Sequence record: DRR378314_33
DNA length: 33,020 nt
Strand: one strand, 5' to 3'
The position numbers and the translations under genes were made by a program. The notes under the pieces were generated by a model. It made no database searches and was not told the origin of the DNA. It worked only from the letters and a program-made list of their open reading frames with translations. Of this stretch, positions 18,842-26,528 are shown piece by piece. Position 1 is the stretch's first letter; each line of letters starts with the position of its first letter.

Positions 18842-20090
18842 ACAGCAAGGCGATTTCCGGGAAAAAGGTAACAAAAACCAAAACAATCAGAATCAGACCC
18901 ATAAACGGAATGACTGACTGACAAATTAATCCGAGTTTTTCCTTAAAGGCTGACATCGCCACCAGAAGATTTATACCGACTGGCGGGGTTAGGAAGCCAA
19001 CCTCCAGATTAATCACCATGATAATGCCAAGATGAACCGGATTAATCCCAAAATTCAGGGCCAGCGGCAGCAGAATTGGGGCCAGAATAAGTATTCCTGC
19101 ATTGATATCCAAAAAACAGCCGATCACAAGTAACAGTAGATTGATGCCCAGCAAGAAGGCAATATCACTATCGACACGGGCAGAAATCCAGCTCGCCAGA
19201 TTTTGCGGGACCTGCTCTGTCGTCAACAGCAGATTAAGGCTCATGGCGATAGCCAGTAACGGAAACAACGCCCCCAACAGCTTTGCTGTTTCTATGGAAA
19301 TTCCATAAAGATCGTGGATGGATAAATCCCGGTGAACGACTATTTCGATGAATAGGGCGTAACAAAGGGCAACGGCGGCGGCCTCCGTTGGAGTGAAATA
19401 GCCGGTATAGATGCCGCCAAGCAAAATAACCGGCATCAACAGTGACCATACCCCAACCCGCAAGGCGGAAGCGAAACGCCCCCAGTGAAAACCGACCCTG
19501 GGCAGGTTCCAATTCACTTTAAGAGCATATAGTGACATTAAAACCGTCAAGATCAGGCCCGGAATAATCCCTGCCGTAAACAGATCCGTGATGGAAGTTT
19601 CGGTAACGATCCCGAATAAAATCATCGGGATGGAGGGCGGAATGACAACCCCTAAAGTCCCGCCAGATGTCAAAGCCCCCAATGCAAATTTACGGCTATA
19701 TCCAGCCTCACATAAGGCCGGGTACATAATTGCCCCCACGGACAGCAAAGTCACTGCAGAGGAGCCGGAGATGGCCGCGAAAATAGCGCAGGATAAAATC
19801 GTGGCGATGGCAAGGCCGCCCGGCAATCCTGCCGTCAACTCTTTCATTATTTCAATGAGCCGATAGGCAATGCGCCCCTTGGTCATCACATTCCCGCAGA
19901 GAATAAACAGCGGGACCGACAGCAGGACCTCTTTATCCAGCCCAATCCACATATCTTCAACGATATATTCAAGCACTCCATCGCCATAAAAATAGTGAAT
20001 ATAGGCAGCTAACGAAAAGAGAATGAGGATCAGATTTTGACGGAGGATCAACAGTAGGATCGGAAGACCGATCAATCCAAGTTCAACCAT
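18831..20090 (-). CDS. dctM: TRAP transporter large permease DctM
   Basis: LLSVPLFILCGNVM, FAAISGSS, GTLGVVIPPSIPMIL, GYFTPTEAAA, GFLTPPVGINL. Confidence 0.95.
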   Translation of the reverse strand: MVELGLIGLPILLLILRQNLILILFSLAAYIHYFYGDGVLEYIVEDMWIGLDKEVLLSVPLFILCGNVMTKGRIAYRLIEIMKELTAGLPGGLAIATILSCAIFAAISGSSAVTLLSVGAIMYPALCEAGYSRKFALGALTSGGTLGVVIPPSIPMILFGIVTETSITDLFTAGIIPGLILTVLMSLYALKVNWNLPRVGFHWGRFASALRVGVWSLLMPVILLGGIYTGYFTPTEAAAVALCYALFIEIVVHRDLSIHDLYGISIETAKLLGALFPLLAIAMSLNLLLTTEQVPQNLASWISARVDSDIAFLLGINLLLLVIGCFLDINAGILILAPILLPLALNFGINPVHLGIIMVINLEVGFLTPPVGINLLVAMSAFKEKLGLICQSVIPFMGLILIVLVFVTFFPEIALLFNS

Positions 20091-20598
20091 TGATTTGTCC
20101 CTCTTTTTTGGCGGCCAGTTGAAAACGGTCCTTTACCGTAGGCTGAAAGACAAAAACCAGATAGCGAAGTGAGAGGGCAAAGAAACTATAGGGTAATACC
20201 AGTTGCACAGGCCATAACGGCCATTCTAGTACCGCTGCAGTTTCACCGTTTAAATACGTTGTCTGCACGAAAGAAGCCGCCAGCAGACCAAGTGCCCCGT
20301 AAAGCCCGGCGGTTACCAGATCGGCGAGCCGGTTAATCAGCCGTTCAAACTGAAAGGGAATCACTTTATCCAGGACCTGGGGCCGGATTTGCTCCCCGCT
20401 CGCTGCAGAAAGAGACATACCCAGAAACCCCGCGACAATGGCAGCATAAACCGCAAATCGAGGGGCGCCCCAGACACCCTGCCCGAGGAGCTCCCGGCCC
20501 GTGATATCGGCTAGCAAGCTGATGGTCGCGGCTGCATACGCAGCCGTGGCGATCCAGGCTTCTATCCGGAAGTGAGTAACTAAATATCTAAAAAGCAT
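20083..20598 (-). CDS. dctQ: TRAP transporter small permease DctQ
   Basis: Four TM segments, 171 aa, between dctP and dctM; overlaps the dctM start. Confidence 0.88.
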   Translation of the reverse strand: MLFRYLVTHFRIEAWIATAAYAAATISLLADITGRELLGQGVWGAPRFAVYAAIVAGFLGMSLSAASGEQIRPQVLDKVIPFQFERLINRLADLVTAGLYGALGLLAASFVQTTYLNGETAAVLEWPLWPVQLVLPYSFFALSLRYLVFVFQPTVKDRFQLAAKKEGQING

Positions 20599-20630
20599 GC
20601 GACTAAATGAATGAACGCAAACAAAGCCGG

Positions 20631-21626
20631 TTAGCTGTTGCAGGCGCGTTTAGCATCTTCAATCTGTTCGTAGATTTCAGTCGCATCCCCACCCAGTTGA
20701 GCAATCAGCTTCTCCCGCGCAGATTTTGCAGCCTGACGCCATTCCGTCATTTGTTCGGGGCTCAAATTAACAACGTTGCCGCCACCTTCGGCAAATTTAG
20801 CCAGCGCCCCCTGTTCCAAGCCACGGACTGTTTTGCGCAGCTTAACGGGGCTTTGCCGGGCCTTGAGAAATGCATCCTGCTGAGAGCTTTCTAATTTATT
20901 CCACACCTTCTTACTCATCAGCACAACTCCCACTTGATGGGAATGATTGGAAAAGATCCAATTGGGGGCAATTTTGGAAAACCCTAGTGCCGTATACACC
21001 AGACCGGGTAAATCAGCGCCTTCCACCAGGCCGGTTTGCAAGGCTGATGCGACCTCGGTAATCGGTAGAACTACCGAATTGGCACCAAAGCTGTCAGCCG
21101 TCAACGATGAAGCTTTAGTTGGGGCCACCCGCATTTTTTTGCCTGCCAGATCACTGAGATTTTGCGCTGGTTCCGTAAACGCGTATCCCATGGTTCCAAC
21201 CTCAGTCCAACCGAGGATGATCAGGCCTTTTTTATCAAATCTATCTTGAAACACCGAAATAAGATGATTGTCCAATGCGCAATCCGCCTGGGCCAAATCA
21301 TCCCAGATATAAGGCGCTGCCAACAGGGCAATTTCAGGAACCATTAAACTGGCGGCGGTATTTGAGAAAGATCCCATGTGAATGCGTCCACGTGCCACTT
21401 GTCGAATTACATCCTGTTCGTTCCCCAACTGACTGCCAGAAAAAACCTGCACTTTAACAGCCCCGTCAGTGTCCTTATCGACCGATGCCGCTATTTCATG
21501 AGCATAATTGGCCCAAGGTGTCTTCTCTGGGGCTGCGGTACTAAATCGAACCTGCGTATCCGCCTGCGCAGGTATTGCACCCGCCAGTAAAGATAACAGA
21601 CCCCATTTAATTGCAGTTTTGATCAT
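20631..21626 (-). CDS. dctP: TRAP transporter substrate-binding protein DctP
   Basis: Signal peptide (AQA|D), STAAPEKTPW, FSGSQLGNEQDV, DLAGKKMRV (conserved Arg), EVASALQTGLVEG; GGGGAGGG SD. Confidence 0.93.
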   Translation of the reverse strand: MIKTAIKWGLLSLLAGAIPAQADTQVRFSTAAPEKTPWANYAHEIAASVDKDTDGAVKVQVFSGSQLGNEQDVIRQVARGRIHMGSFSNTAASLMVPEIALLAAPYIWDDLAQADCALDNHLISVFQDRFDKKGLIILGWTEVGTMGYAFTEPAQNLSDLAGKKMRVAPTKASSLTADSFGANSVVLPITEVASALQTGLVEGADLPGLVYTALGFSKIAPNWIFSNHSHQVGVVLMSKKVWNKLESSQQDAFLKARQSPVKLRKTVRGLEQGALAKFAEGGGNVVNLSPEQMTEWRQAAKSAREKLIAQLGGDATEIYEQIEDAKRACNS

Positions 21627-21804
21627 GTTATACCCTCCCCCTTAGCATTAGAATTTCAGTTTAAAAGCTTTTCACAACGCTAGCCCTAGATGTTTAGAGC
21701 ACCGGTTTTGATTGAGATCTGACTTATAACGACACACTCGCCCACAATTCAGAATAAGCCAGAGACAATTTTTCTTTGTTATATGAATTATCTCTTTTAC
21801 AAAT

Positions 21805-21820
21805 CATAATTTCAGTTATA
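21805..21820. promoter_or_regulatory. Candidate TetR operator in the dctP/tetR divergent region
   Basis: CATAA-TTTCAG-TTATA; matches TATAA-N6-TTATA upstream of the dioxygenase; a degenerate copy TAGAA-TTTCAG-TTTAA lies at 21649-21664. Confidence 0.5.
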
Positions 21821-21946
21821 ATTTTAGTCAACACTAGATTTTTCTTGTGAAGATAGTTTGTTTACTAACGTTAATTAACCGACTAGACTTTTTTCGTTGA
21901 GGAAAAATATTCAGCACTAATTACTTAAGTTTCAGGCAGTAGTACT

Positions 21947-22591
21947 ATGGACATACAAGCTAAAGGAGTTAAACCAGCTCTTCAAACCAGAAGCCGGCAA
22001 AGGCGGGATGATTTGATCGCTGCTGGCACTGAACTCATGCTGGAAAAAAGCTTTGCTGATATCTCCATAATTGATCTCACTGCCTATTGTGGATACTCAG
22101 TTGGGACTTTTTACAGTCGCTTCGAAGATAAGGAGAGTTTTTTCCGGGCGGTTCAGGAAGCGGCCGTTGCAGAATCCCAAGCAGAACTCGAAAGTGAGTT
22201 TAAAAAAGACTTTTGGAAAACGACACCAATCGAAGAGATTTACACCCGACTCGTTGATCTGATGTTTAATTCAATTGCTGGCAAGCATCGGGGCGTAGTT
22301 CGTGCATCAATTATTCTGTCGGGTTCGGATCCTGAATTTTGGAAACCGATCTGGGTCGCGGGTGTGCATATTCGGGAAATGGTTTTAAAACTCCTGGAGG
22401 ATAGATTTCTCAAATCAGATCCCCAGAAATCAGTGAAGAGTATCGAATTTGCGCTTCAAATGATTTTTGGAACAGCTGTCCAGGCTGTTTTGAACGATCC
22501 AGGTCCTGTTCGACTGAATGACCCAGATATCCGGGTCAATTTGGCGCGAATGCTATCCACCTACATCATTCTGGAACCCACGGAGAATTAA
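21947..22591 (+). CDS. TetR/AcrR family transcriptional regulator
   Basis: QTRSRQRRDDLIAAG..FADISIIDL....GYSVGTFYSRFEDKESFF N-terminal HTH. Confidence 0.93.
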   Translation: MDIQAKGVKPALQTRSRQRRDDLIAAGTELMLEKSFADISIIDLTAYCGYSVGTFYSRFEDKESFFRAVQEAAVAESQAELESEFKKDFWKTTPIEEIYTRLVDLMFNSIAGKHRGVVRASIILSGSDPEFWKPIWVAGVHIREMVLKLLEDRFLKSDPQKSVKSIEFALQMIFGTAVQAVLNDPGPVRLNDPDIRVNLARMLSTYIILEPTEN

Positions 22592-22632
22592 ACCCAGAGG
22601 ATACCCCCTATTTTTTGTTCTTCGTCACTAAA

Positions 22633-22648
22633 TATAACCATAATTATA
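22633..22648. promoter_or_regulatory. Candidate TetR operator upstream of the TauD-family gene
   Basis: Palindrome TATAA-CCATAA-TTATA directly before the GGAGGT SD. Confidence 0.5.
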
Positions 22649-22662
22649 GTTTGGAGGTAAAA

Positions 22663-23499
22663 ATGAAAAAAGATTATAAGTATTTTGAAGTGAATGCGGC
22701 AACGCCCACCCTGGGTGGCTATATCACTGGCATTGATTTGTCCATAGACCAACCAAAAGAAGCTTATGATGCGCTTAGAACTGCTCTGGCTGACTATAAA
22801 GTGATCTTTTTCAGGGATCAGGAGATGACGGACGAGAAGTTTCTCAAACTGGGAAAAAGTTTTGGCTCCTTGGAAATACACGAATTTTTTCCAACCAGAG
22901 ACGGTTATCCAGAAATTCAGGTGATTAGCACAAAGGGCGGGAAAACCGGAACAGATCGCTGGCATACGGATGTCACTTTCCGCGAAGCACCCTCCTCTGC
23001 CAGTATTCTGCGGGCTGTTGATATCCCGCCGCAAGGAGGCGGTGACACCATGTGGCTCTGTACAAATGCCGCCTTTGAAAATCTGTCTCAACCGATCAAG
23101 GAGTTACTTTTAAAATTGGAAGGTATTCATGATATGCGTTTTGGCATGACTGGATTTGTTAATTCTGAAATGGTCGAAAAATCTGTCCGGGAAAATCCTC
23201 CGCGCACGCATCCAGCGGTTGTCGCACATCCCCATACCGGCGCACCCCATCTTTTTATCAATTCTATCTGGACCAATGGCTTCAAAGGTCTTTCGCGTGA
23301 GGAAGGCCAGGCGCTCCTTGAACTGTTATATGAGCACGTTAAAAAACCTGAGTTTCAGGTCCGCTTGCAATGGGATAATAATTCGATCGCTATTTGGGAC
23401 AATATAGCGACACAACATTATGCCTTGGGGGACTATAATTACACCCGGGTGATGAACCGGATGATTGTAGATGGTCTCCCCTTAGAAGCCTACGCATAG
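22663..23499 (+). CDS. TauD/TfdA family Fe(II)/2-oxoglutarate dioxygenase
   Basis: WHTDVTF (HxD), GGGDTMW, HPAVVAHPHTG, WDNIATQHYA (distal His), RVMNR; GGAGGT SD before ATG 22663. Confidence 0.95.
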   Translation: MKKDYKYFEVNAATPTLGGYITGIDLSIDQPKEAYDALRTALADYKVIFFRDQEMTDEKFLKLGKSFGSLEIHEFFPTRDGYPEIQVISTKGGKTGTDRWHTDVTFREAPSSASILRAVDIPPQGGGDTMWLCTNAAFENLSQPIKELLLKLEGIHDMRFGMTGFVNSEMVEKSVRENPPRTHPAVVAHPHTGAPHLFINSIWTNGFKGLSREEGQALLELLYEHVKKPEFQVRLQWDNNSIAIWDNIATQHYALGDYNYTRVMNRMIVDGLPLEAYA

Positions 23500-23535
23500 G
23501 CATCTGTTTTGTAATATTAAAATTACATTATACAT

Positions 23536-23575
23536 CATTTATATCCCTTCCCTGAATTTCGATGGGATATAAATG
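23536..23575. repeat. 12-bp perfect inverted repeat downstream of the dioxygenase
   Basis: CATTTATATCCC-N16-GGGATATAAATG. Confidence 0.8.
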
Positions 23576-24084
23576 CGTATTAAATCAGTCTATTTTGGCA
23601 ATTTACAGCCCCTCACCGACCCATTATCCCCCCTAAGATACAAAATTATAAATGATCAAAAAAATAATTTCTGTGCCTGTGCCTGTACGCCCGGCGCCAG
23701 TCACCAGACCTGTTATAACACCATAAAATTCGGTTGAATCTATGCTTGGTTTGAATTGAATACCGCCTAAAGCGCTTAAGGAGAGAGAGATTTTTTAAAT
23801 CTAACCGATTGAATTATTGATCTTATTTTGATTTACCGGGTTTGAATACGCTCCTTCCATTACAAAATATTTTATATAAGTAAATTAGTAATATAAATGC
23901 ATTTAGTCAAAATTAAAAGCTCCTCATTACTTCCCAAAAATGAACTGTTCTGCGCCTCCTCCAGTATAAATTTGTAATATTTTGTTATATTAGTACTTAA
24001 ACATTAACTTATTTGTAAGTTTTTCAGTGAATGATGCTGAGCAATTATTTTGTAAGCCCGTTTGGTTAAAAGTGAGGTTATACT

Positions 24085-25128
24085 GTGAGCAAGGAAGATA
24101 GCTTTGAAAAAGCATCTCTGAATGCGCAAAAAACCATGTCGTTACTCAAGGATCGTAAAATTAAATCGGTCCCGCAGAATTTTACGATCTGGTACGAATA
24201 TCTAAGTGGCGAAAATCCCGCTATTATTGAATTGGTCAATCGCCTCCTGAGTGAGCATGGCAAATTTTCGGAAAGTGTTTCCAAACAAATTTATAACGAG
24301 TTTTTTAGTCACGATCGGGAAAGCAAGGAAATCCGAGAAACGAACCTACTGGTTCAGCAATCGATGGAAGCCGTGCTGAGAGAACTTCGTAATTCCTCAA
24401 CAGGATTAACAAGTTACGGTGAAAAACTCGAAAACTTCGCAGGTCAGGCCGACGGCCTCAGTGCTGCGGATCTTCAAACAACCGTTCAGGATATTATTCA
24501 GGAAACTCAATCGATGGCGAGCCAGTCGCAACATCTGAATGAGAATCTGAAAAAAGCATCAGATGAAATTGAAGATCTGAAAGCCCGCCTTGAATTAGTT
24601 GAAAATGAGAGCCTGACAGATCCGCTGACGCAAATTGCCAATCGCAAGAAATTCGATTTGGAATTGATGCGATCCGTATCAGAAGCTCAGGCGACACGGC
24701 AGGAACTCTGTCTGGTTATGTCAGACATTGATCACTTCAAAAAATTCAATGATCAACATGGACATTTATTCGGGGATCAGGTTCTAAAACTGGTCGCCCG
24801 TATCTTGAACAACAATATGAGGGGGGGAGCCCTTGCGGCTCGGTACGGAGGGGAAGAATTTGGCCTTATTTTGCCAAAGACTTCCCTCTCCGCTGCTTTT
24901 CAGATCTCCGATAAAATACGGAAAACCGTCTCATCCAAAAGCCTTGTCAACCGAAATACCGGTGATGAAGTAGGTAAAATCACCATGTCCTTTGGGATTG
25001 CCCAATACACACCTGGTGAGAATGTTGATGCGTTTATCGAGCGGGCTGACGCGGTCCTCTATTCAGCAAAAGAAAACGGGCGTGATCAAGTTCAGTTGGA
25101 TATACAGGAGTTGGCTGCTGCCATCTAA
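24085..25128 (+). CDS. Cytoplasmic diguanylate cyclase (coiled coil + GGDEF; VdcA/DgcB-like architecture)
   Basis: PQNFTIWYEYLSG N-terminus, heptad linker, TDPLTQIANR, DIDHFKKFND.HGH..GD.VL, RYGGEEF, RADAVLYSAKENGRD; GAGGT SD and GTG start. Confidence 0.95.
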   Translation: MSKEDSFEKASLNAQKTMSLLKDRKIKSVPQNFTIWYEYLSGENPAIIELVNRLLSEHGKFSESVSKQIYNEFFSHDRESKEIRETNLLVQQSMEAVLRELRNSSTGLTSYGEKLENFAGQADGLSAADLQTTVQDIIQETQSMASQSQHLNENLKKASDEIEDLKARLELVENESLTDPLTQIANRKKFDLELMRSVSEAQATRQELCLVMSDIDHFKKFNDQHGHLFGDQVLKLVARILNNNMRGGALAARYGGEEFGLILPKTSLSAAFQISDKIRKTVSSKSLVNRNTGDEVGKITMSFGIAQYTPGENVDAFIERADAVLYSAKENGRDQVQLDIQELAAAI

Positions 25129-25150
25129 CTCTCGTCTGCCTTTTTAAGTG

Positions 25151-25183
25151 AAATCAGCTACTCTTGGGTGGCTGATTTTTTTT
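25151..25183 (+). terminator. Intrinsic terminator after the diguanylate cyclase
   Basis: AAATCAGCTAC-TCTTGG-GTGGCTGATTT followed by a T-run. Confidence 0.85.
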
Positions 25184-25198
25184 GGCCACCGAATAAGC

Positions 25199-25237
25199 GA
25201 TACAAATTTTTCTATTAATTGAAATATTTTGTGTTAC
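25199..25237. promoter_or_regulatory. Candidate PaaX-type operator upstream of paaG
   Basis: GATACA-N27-TGTTAC resembles the widely spaced GATACA-N~26-TGTATC PaaX inverted repeat. Confidence 0.4.
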
Positions 25238-25279
25238 TTTAACCGCAAATATAAAAAACAAATGCTGGGAGGCACTGCA

Positions 25280-26062
25280 ATGGCTTATGAGACCATTTTG
25301 TTCGATATCACCGATAGTGTTGCGACGATTACACTTAATCGTCCGGATAAAATGAATTCCTTCAGCGAAAAAATGCATGAAGAACTCAGATCAATCATGC
25401 CGGATCTGGAAAGTGATAAAGTTCGTTGCATCCTGATTACAGGGTCCGGCCGGGCCTTTGGTGCCGGTGCTGATCTCTCTGAAAGTTCTGCCAGAGAAGG
25501 TGAATTTGATGCAGGCGCAACGCTTGAGAAGAACTACAATCCGTTGATCTTATTTATCCGCAATCTTGAAAAACCGGTCATTTCGGCCGTCAATGGTGTT
25601 GCTGCCGGTGCGAGTATGAGCCTTGCCCTTGCAGCTGATATCTGTATCGCGGCCCGCTCTTCCTACTTTTTGCAGGCATTTTGCCATATCGGATTGATCC
25701 CGGATGCAGGAAGCACTTATTTTCTACCCCGCCTTGTCGGTTCAGCAAAGGCAATGGGATTGGCCATGCTTGGCGATAAAATCCCTGCAGAGGATGCGGA
25801 AAAATTGGGGTTGATCTGGTCTGTTGTCGATGATCAGGATCTGATGCCAACAGCAACCACGCTGGCCCAGAAACTGGCAAAGGGCCCTACCCTTGGTTTG
25901 GGGAAAATAAAGACAGCGATGAATGCCAGCCTTTACAACGACTTACCCGCACAGCTTAATGTGGAAAGGGATCTGCAACGCGAGGCGGCATTGTCTGCTG
26001 ATTTTGCTGAGGGTGTCGCAGCCTTTGCCGAAAAACGTAAACCCGTTTTCAAAGGGAAATAA
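25280..26062 (+). CDS. paaG: 2-(1,2-epoxy-1,2-dihydrophenyl)acetyl-CoA isomerase (crotonase family)
   Basis: ITLNRPDKMNSF, FGAGADL, YNPLI, AVNGVAAGA, FLQAFCHIGLIPDAGSTYFLPRLVG (catalytic Asp); first gene of the paa operon; GGGAGG SD before ATG 25280. Confidence 0.85.
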   Translation: MAYETILFDITDSVATITLNRPDKMNSFSEKMHEELRSIMPDLESDKVRCILITGSGRAFGAGADLSESSAREGEFDAGATLEKNYNPLILFIRNLEKPVISAVNGVAAGASMSLALAADICIAARSSYFLQAFCHIGLIPDAGSTYFLPRLVGSAKAMGLAMLGDKIPAEDAEKLGLIWSVVDDQDLMPTATTLAQKLAKGPTLGLGKIKTAMNASLYNDLPAQLNVERDLQREAALSADFAEGVAAFAEKRKPVFKGK

Positions 26063-26063
26063 A

Positions 26064-26528
26064 GTGTCTGACGCTTCGCATCCTACACCTGACGAGCTTG
26101 CTGTACAGGTTGCAGAAAAAATGTATCAAGAGGACGTGGCCACACAGCACTTGGGTATGACCTTGATTAAGGCTGCACCGGGCGCGGCCACCATGATCAT
26201 GAAAGTCCAGGATTACATGCTGAATGGGCACAAAACCTGTCATGGCGGCTATATGTTTATGCTGGCCGATAGTGCCTTTGCCTTCGCCTGCAATTCCTAT
26301 AACCAAAGCACCGTGGCACAGGCAGCACAAATCAACTTCCTAAAACCGGTGTCACTTGGTACGTTGCTGACCGCGACGGCTACAGAGGTGAGCAGGTCCG
26401 GTCGGACCGGCCTCTATAATATAGACGTCACCAACGAAGAAGGCGAACTTGTCGCCTCTTTCCGCGGAAATTCACACACAATCAAAGGCCAGATCATCTC
26501 CGGCCTCAATGACGAAGAAAAAGAATGA
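26064..26528 (+). CDS. paaI: Hydroxyphenylacetyl-CoA thioesterase PaaI
   Basis: MLNGHKTCHGGYMFMLADSAFAFACNSYN, SGRTGLYNIDV, FRGNS; GTG start directly after the paaG stop. Confidence 0.95.
   Translation: MSDASHPTPDELAVQVAEKMYQEDVATQHLGMTLIKAAPGAATMIMKVQDYMLNGHKTCHGGYMFMLADSAFAFACNSYNQSTVAQAAQINFLKPVSLGTLLTATATEVSRSGRTGLYNIDVTNEEGELVASFRGNSHTIKGQIISGLNDEEKE

Noticed and set aside
23500..24084. c-di-GMP riboswitch upstream of the diguanylate cyclase
   Set aside because: I could not find the class I or class II consensus elements by eye; cmscan would be needed to exclude it formally.
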